Positions 55,174 through 64,000 of a stretch of DNA of 64,000 nucleotides are shown here, piece by piece; the first letter of the stretch is position 1, and each line of letters begins with the position of its first letter. Below the pieces are notes generated by a model, which worked only from the letters and a program-made list of their open reading frames with translations, was not told the DNA's origin and searched no databases. The position numbers and the translations under genes were made by a program. The stretch spans positions 67,270,001-67,334,000 of the forward strand of contig NC_045705.1 in assembly GCF_009834535.1 (NCBI RefSeq). The letters run 5' to 3'. The DNA is from Camelus ferus (lineage: Eukaryota).

Positions 55174-55186
55174 TAATCCGGGATTA
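55174..55186. promoter_or_regulatory. Inverted pair of K50 homeodomain sites TAATCC-G-GGATTA upstream of CABP2
   Basis: Exact inverted repeat with a 1-nt spacer, about 200 bp upstream of the ATG. Confidence 0.5.
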
Positions 55187-55800
55187 TCTCTGAGCATCTC
55201 TGCTGATGAGGGGGGCCACCCCGGGTGAAAGGCCCCCTGGAAGGCACAGCCTCCTCATGCCCACTCCTGAGGGTCTTCTAGACACCCCCTCTCCTGCATC
55301 CTCTCCCCCCACCCCTACCCCTAATCTCTCCCAACAGGAGAGATTTAATGTCTTGAGAAGCAGGGCCTGGACCTGGGAGGAGGAAACTGTGTGTCTGGTG
55401 TCCCAGGGCAGGCTGTCCTCCCAGAACAGCAAACCTAACCTAGGAAGCCCCTGCGCCTTCCCACCAGGACCCTTGCTCTCACCTCAGAGCATCTGCCCAG
55501 CCTGCTTGCCCTCAGCATCCTCGCCTGGACCAGCTGCCAGGCCCTTGTACTTTGCTGAGGAGCTGAGGGCAGCTGACTCTGGGCTCTGTGGGCTGGAAGC
55601 AGGGCCCAGTGAGGGCAGAGGTGGGGAGGGACGCCAGCCTCCCTGCTGGGCAGCTGACTGACTGACTGACCCCTTTGTCAACATGCCCATCCGTCTGAGT
55701 TCCCCTCCCTGGGCTCAGCCCTGGGTTTGTCCTCCAGGGCCCCAGTTGTAGTATTGGGTCCCCCCAGTTGAAGATGGCCCCACACCCCTGCCCCCTTTAC

Positions 55801-55965
55801 CTGCCCGTAGGCGGCCTGCACCTGGGCCTCAAGCTCCTGGAGAAGTGCCTTTCGCCTGGTGGCTGCTGGGCTGGCAGGGGTCCGGCTAGGCCCGGGAGTG
55901 CCCTCAGAGGGGCTGGGGTCCCCCGTGGGGAGGCTGCCGTCTGCCGGGCTCTGGGCAAGGGCCAT
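55801..55965 (-). CDS. Candidate alternative first coding exon of CABP2 (55 aa, phase 0)
   Basis: ATG 55965 opens MALAQSPADG..RRKALLQELEAQVQAAYGQ and ends at a consensus donor CAG|GTAAAG. Phase matches CABP2 exons 2 and 3. Confidence 0.55.
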
Positions 55966-57819
55966 GGAGTCGAGGGCTTGGCACTTTCTGCTGGCTGAGG
56001 GGCACCGCCCCGCTCCGCTCTCCCTGTTCCTGGGGAGGGGGACTTAGTGGGCAGCTGTGGTGTGGTCCCCTGCCACTCTGCTCCCTGTTTGTCACTGCAC
56101 TGGCTGATGGAGCCCCAGGACCTCCGAGGCCCACGTCTTCCCTAGTTCCCCAGGCCCCTCACACAGCCTCAGCCTGAAATCTTAGCCTTTCCTGCACCCG
56201 CCACCCTCCAGCCCTCACACTGGACACAGACTGCGCCTTGGGGCTCTACCGCACCACACTGTCTTTGCCGACTCTGGGTCACCTGGCTTCTCTTCATGGT
56301 CTCTGCACCTCCCCACATCCCCTTCCACCTCTGTTTCTGTGTTGCTCTCTGTCCCGGCCGCTCCAGGGGTGTCTCTCTGTGTCTGTCTCACTTGTGGTCC
56401 TCTCTGCACCCTCTGCTCCTGGCTGATATCTGTCTAGCTGTGTCTCTCTGTCCCCTCGTGCCCATCTCTTTGTCAGTTCCCTCCCTCTGTTGCATGAGAC
56501 TCTCTCATATTGGTCTGTCCATCTGTCTGTCCATCCTTGCATTTCCTGTTCTCGCCATCTCTCCTCCCAGGATGCCTCCTGGATTCTGGAAAGAGCATCC
56601 CCACTCAAGCCCGCCCCAGACACGCTCCCTTCTCCTCACTCAGTGCCCTGGTACCTCTGCACTTCCCCACCGCCCGCCTCCTGCCAACGTCTCCCACCCA
56701 GCTTCTGCTGACCTCCAGCCTCCTGCTTCTCAGGGAAAAGGGTGGGGGTGGGCCTCTCCTGGCCCCTTGTCATGCCCCCAGTCCACTTACCGCCCAGCTA
56801 CCTGCTCCTCACCTCCCAGAATGAGGTCAGTTGTCCTGCCCCAGCCCGGCTTCAGGCCTCTCATGATTTATTTACCTGCCCCCTGCACCAGCCTTTGTCC
56901 GAGGGAACTAGATCCTGCCAGGCACCTGCCACCTGAGCTGGTGGCTCTGGCCTCTCTTGGCCATGCATGGCCATCTGTTCATGTATTCCTTTTGCAAACA
57001 TCTGAGGTCTGCTGGGATCCAGCCCGGGGACAGTTGCTGGGGCCACACGATAGACCCTGTCTGCCCTGAAGACCCTGCTCTCAGACACATCTAATTCAGA
57101 AAAGGGCCAACAGACAGTCCCCAAGTGTTTGGGGGCACTGACCAAAGCTTCAGGAATGCTTCCTGGAGCGGATGAGGCACTGCCCACCAATATTTAACTT
57201 GGTCCTGGGCAAGTCCCGGGGTTCCCGACAGGGATCAGCTGTGAACTGGAGTGTTCCAGGCAATGAATTCCAGCAGGGTATGTGAGGGGAGGCCCTCAGG
57301 AAGAAATCAGGGTCAGTGGCCCCTGGAAAGGATGTGTGTGGCAAGAGACTGGAGAAGACGTCAGAGAGGCTCCATCCTCAGCAAATGTTTGTGGAGGCTC
57401 TGCCTTCCTGGGTGCTGGAAACCAGTCCCTGCCTCCTGCAAACTCCCACGTGGTGGGAGCTGCATATTCAGCAAACCCAGAATGAGATGGAAGGCTAAGT
57501 GCAGGGAGGGACCCAAGAGGAGGATGGAGAGGGAAGAGAACGGGGACCTTGCTGTGACAGGGGGCTGAGGAAGTGACCTGTGAGCCAGGACCACAGGGAT
57601 GAAGGGAGTGACCACATGAAGGAGGGCAGCCATGCAGGCAGAGGCAACAGCTCCCACAAAGCCCTGAGTGGGTGTGAGGATCATCCTTCAGTTCCTCTGC
57701 ACCTCAGGTCACAGCTCCCCCCAGAGGCCAGGAGTGCACTGTGTCCCCAGCAGCACTGCAAACATCCCTCAGAGACAGGAATTCTCTTGTTTTCTGCAAG
57801 GTCGTAGATGGGGAAGCTG

Positions 57820-58170
57820 GATGGATGAATGAATGGGCAGTGGGGTGGCTGACTGGATGGAAGGATGGGTAGATGATTTGAAGGGCCGGTGGTTAAATGG
57901 TTGGTAGGTAGATGAATGGTTGCATAGATAGATGGTTGGATGGATGGTTAACTGGATGGATAGATGAGTGGACGAGGAGATGGATGGAGAGACAAGTAGA
58001 GGATGATTGGGTAGGTAAATGAGATGATGGGTAAATGGGTAGGTGGATGTTTTGACAGACTACTGGTCTAACGTTTGGTTGTTGGATGGCTGGATGATTG
58101 GGTAGATGGTTCTGTAGATGGATAGACAGATAGGTGGAGGTGGGTAGATGGCTGGGTGGATAGACTGCTG
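57820..58170. repeat. Degenerate (TGGA/GATG)n simple repeat
   Basis: Directly visible. Confidence 0.8.
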
Positions 58171-58205
58171 GTGAAGGTCTTATATCCTTCATTAAGAGTC
58201 CATTA

Positions 58206-58381
58206 GGAGGGGGGAGGGTATAGCTTAGTGGTAGAGTGTTGTGCTTAGCATGCACAAGGTCCTGGGTTTGATCCCCAGTACCTCTATTAAAAAATAATAA
58301 TTTAAATAAATAGATAAACCTAAGTACCTCCCCCCAAAATAAAAAAAGAGTAGAGAAGACCAAAATTAAAAAAAAAAAAAA
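58206..58381 (+). mobile_element. tRNA-derived camelid-type SINE with 13-bp TSD
   Basis: A and B boxes, poly(A). TSD AAGAGTCCATTAG 58194-58206 vs AAGAGTCCGTTAG 58380-58392. Confidence 0.85.
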
Positions 58382-58604
58382 GAGTCCGTTAGGGTGGAGG
58401 CCATGTCTTACCTATTGCGGTGTCTCCCCTGACATCTAGCTCACTCGCTGCAGAGACATATAACCAGCGTGTGAATGGAGACTGCGTCTGTCTATCTCCC
58501 CTGCTCTGAGCTGTGATTCCTCTGATGGCAAAAATGATGGATGACTCTTTCTCCACCCACAAGCCAAACCCAGGCTCGGCACTGGGAAACACCACACACA
58601 GAAC

Positions 58605-59310
58605 CACACTGAGATATCACTACACGCTCACTAGGATGGCTGAAGTGAAAAAAGACAGATGACAACAATTGTTGGTGAGGATGTGGAGAAGTTGGAACCT
58701 TCATATGCTGCTGTTGGGTTAATAAAATGGTGCAGCCACTTTGGAAAAGACTCTGGCAGTTCCTCAAAATGAGTTGCCATATGACCCAGCAATTTTACTC
58801 CTGGGTACATACACAAAGCAATTGAAAACATAACTTCACACAAACATTTGTACACAACTGTGTACAGCAGCGTTATTCGTAACAGCCAAAAAATGAAACA
58901 ACCCAAATGTCCATCAATGCATAAGTGAATAAAGAAAAAGTGTTATCTCACCCAATTTTATTTGGCCACAGAAAGGAATGATGTATTGCACGGGGTACAG
59001 CATAGATGAACTTGAAGACACCCTGCTGAGTGAAAGCAGCCAGACACAAAAGGCCACATAGTGTATGATTCTGTTTATATGAAACATCCAGAACAGACAA
59101 ATCCATAGTGACAAAATAGATTGGTGGTTGTCAAGGGATGGGGCGCGGGGGAGTGAAGTATGACTGCTAATGGGTACAAGGTTTCTTTTGAGGATGATGA
59201 CAATGTTCTGGAATTAGTGGTGATGATTGCACAACACTGAATATGCTAAAGACCACAGAACGCAGGCTTTAAGAGGGTGACTTTCATGTAGCAATAAAGT
59301 GCTTACATAT
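58605..59310 (+). mobile_element. L1MB-type 3' end
   Basis: GGTGAGGATGTGGAGAAGTTGGAACC..GGTGCAGCCACTTTGGAAA..CCATATGACCCAGCAATT..CCCAAATGTCCATCAA. Confidence 0.75.
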
Positions 59311-60714
59311 ATTTTAAAACCCACCAAAGACAGGTACTGATGTGTACATGGACTGGAGGTCGGAGGTGGACACAGGGAGGTGCCTGGCCCTGTCGGCTGG
59401 GAAAGCTATGCTTCTGGGCCCCAGAGGAGGCCCCAGGGTAGCGACAGACCTAAGCCACAGGCTGGGCCTGTGGGTAAGAGCAGCCACCACAGCACAGCGC
59501 CAAGCCATCCTGGGGGCTGCCTGCCCAGGGGACCTGCACGTGACGGCTGGAGAGAGCGAGCCGGCAGGAGGCTGCCCCGGGTCTGTGATGCTTGTGCGCA
59601 AAAGGAGCACATGCCAGCTCCAGGCCAGAGCAGATAAATGGACCTCCCTGAGCCTCGGTGTCTGCTTCTGCGTAGCGGGAGCGTGACTCCCTCCCTCCCA
59701 GGGTACTGTGGAGATGAAGTGAAACCATTTATACGACAGCTCTTTGTAAGCTGCTAAATGCTGGGCAGATGTTCTTTCAGCTGTGAGTCAGAGACGGAAC
59801 CCAGCTCCAGCGCCCCCCTCCCACTCCCAGCCCCAGGCAGCTGTGGGCTCCAATGAGGCTAAGGGGTCCTCCCGATTAGGCATGTTTGGTGTTTTCCTGT
59901 GCTTTGGGTGGACACCTCCACACCTGGGAAGGATGCCTTCCTCTTTCCTTGGGGCTCTGAGAGGGAAACCAGGCTGAGTTAGTCTCCCAAGGAAGACCGC
60001 CACTGCCCAGCCCGACCCCCAGCCACCGGGAAGGGGAGCCAGGAGAACTGGGCTCGGGGTGAAGATGCGCCTGCAGGGAGGCCGGCATGGGGCTCTGCCT
60101 GGAAGCATACAGCCCTCCCAGGGCCAGGAGGCCCTGCTCGTTCCAGTCCATCCAGTCTTTTCAACCACTCACATCTCCAGGCTCAGTCTGTATTTGGAGA
60201 GTACAGAGCATGTAGACTCGGTCAAAAACCGGTTTGAAGATTACAGGGCCTTGCAGAAAAAAGAATGAGGGTTAGAAGTGAGACCCCTGAAGCCAACCAG
60301 ACCTGTACACTAGCTGTGTGACCTTGGGAAAGTCACTCTGTGCTTCAGTTTCCTCCTCTGTAAAGCGGAATCAGAACAGGCCCAAGTCTTAGGGTTTTAA
60401 TATCTGTAAAGCTCTCAACACAGACCTCTAAGGGTTTGCTATTTTTATCATGGAGACAGGATGTGTAAATGGATGTTTATTGAAATTCATTCATGCATGC
60501 CAAAAGCATTTATGCGGCACCTACTGTGTGCAGGTGCTCAATCCTGGCCCTCTGAGGGCCCTGAGAAGTTCTGTGTGTTTGGTGTGGAGAGGAGGTGGGT
60601 GCATCTTGTAAAGCCACAGCCCAGCAGGCAGGATGCACCCCTGCAGACGAGCAGGTGCGCCCATCCGGCCCCGCCTCGCCACACCCAGCCTCGCCCAGGA
60701 CCAAAATCCGCCGG

Positions 60715-60769
60715 GTGACTTGGCGCATCCCTGGGGTGGGGCGGCGGGGGTGGAGCTGGACCATAAATA
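60715..60769 (+). promoter_or_regulatory. GSTP-like core promoter: ARE, GC boxes and TATA-like element
   Basis: GTGACTTGGC (RTGACnnnGC) 60715-60724, G-rich Sp1 boxes about 60733-60751, CATAAATA 60762-60769. Confidence 0.6.
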
Positions 60770-60823
60770 TCAGGCCTCCGGGCTCCTCCCCACTTCCTGC
60801 CGCCCTTGCGCTCCACCGCCGCC

Positions 60824-63891
<3,068 letters not shown>

Positions 63892-63933
63892 GCCCAGTCA
63901 GCCTCCCCTGGGAGAAGGGCTGCCCAGGGAACC

Positions 63934-63939
63934 AATAAA
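63934..63939 (+). terminator. GSTP-like poly(A) signal AATAAA
   Basis: About 40 nt past the stop. Confidence 0.8.
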
Positions 63940-64000
63940 CACGGTGAGAGGACAGCTGTGCTGTGATCACTGAGGGGCTGGGTGGCCACAGGGGGTCTCC

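Noticed and set aside
56296-57069. 257-aa ORF upstream of CABP2
   Set aside because: It derives from CT-rich low-complexity sequence, has a non-ATG start and gives no recognisable protein.

Overview
GC-rich mammalian genomic DNA syntenic with human 11q13.2. It is most likely camelid, inferred from three copies of a tRNA-derived SINE resembling Vic-1. Gene order: GPR152 (-, single coding exon), CABP4 (+, 6 exons), TMEM134 (-, 7 exons), AIP (+, 6 exons), PITPNM1 (-, 23 coding exons), CDK2AP2 (-, first coding exon presumably in an N-gap), CABP2 (-, 7 exons plus a candidate upstream exon) and an intact, H-site-divergent Pi-class GST paralogue (+, 7 exons). All spliced models were built by hand with GT-AG junctions and consistent phase, and give full-length proteins except CDK2AP2. 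Intergenic and intronic DNA holds L1, L2, MIR, MaLR/ERVL LTR and hAT MITE relics; there are two assembly gaps. No prokaryotic-type system (CRISPR, operon) and no wholly new gene system is supported. Best leads: GPR152 DRY-motif Arg to Cys; a candidate alternative CABP2 first coding exon; the remodelled GSTP paralogue with G146S; an overlapping uORF and triple ETS repeat at AIP; a mirtron-like AIP intron; and an in-frame N-terminal extension exon for PITPNM1. Comparisons with human and mouse orthologues, and repeat family names, are from recall and need alignment to confirm.
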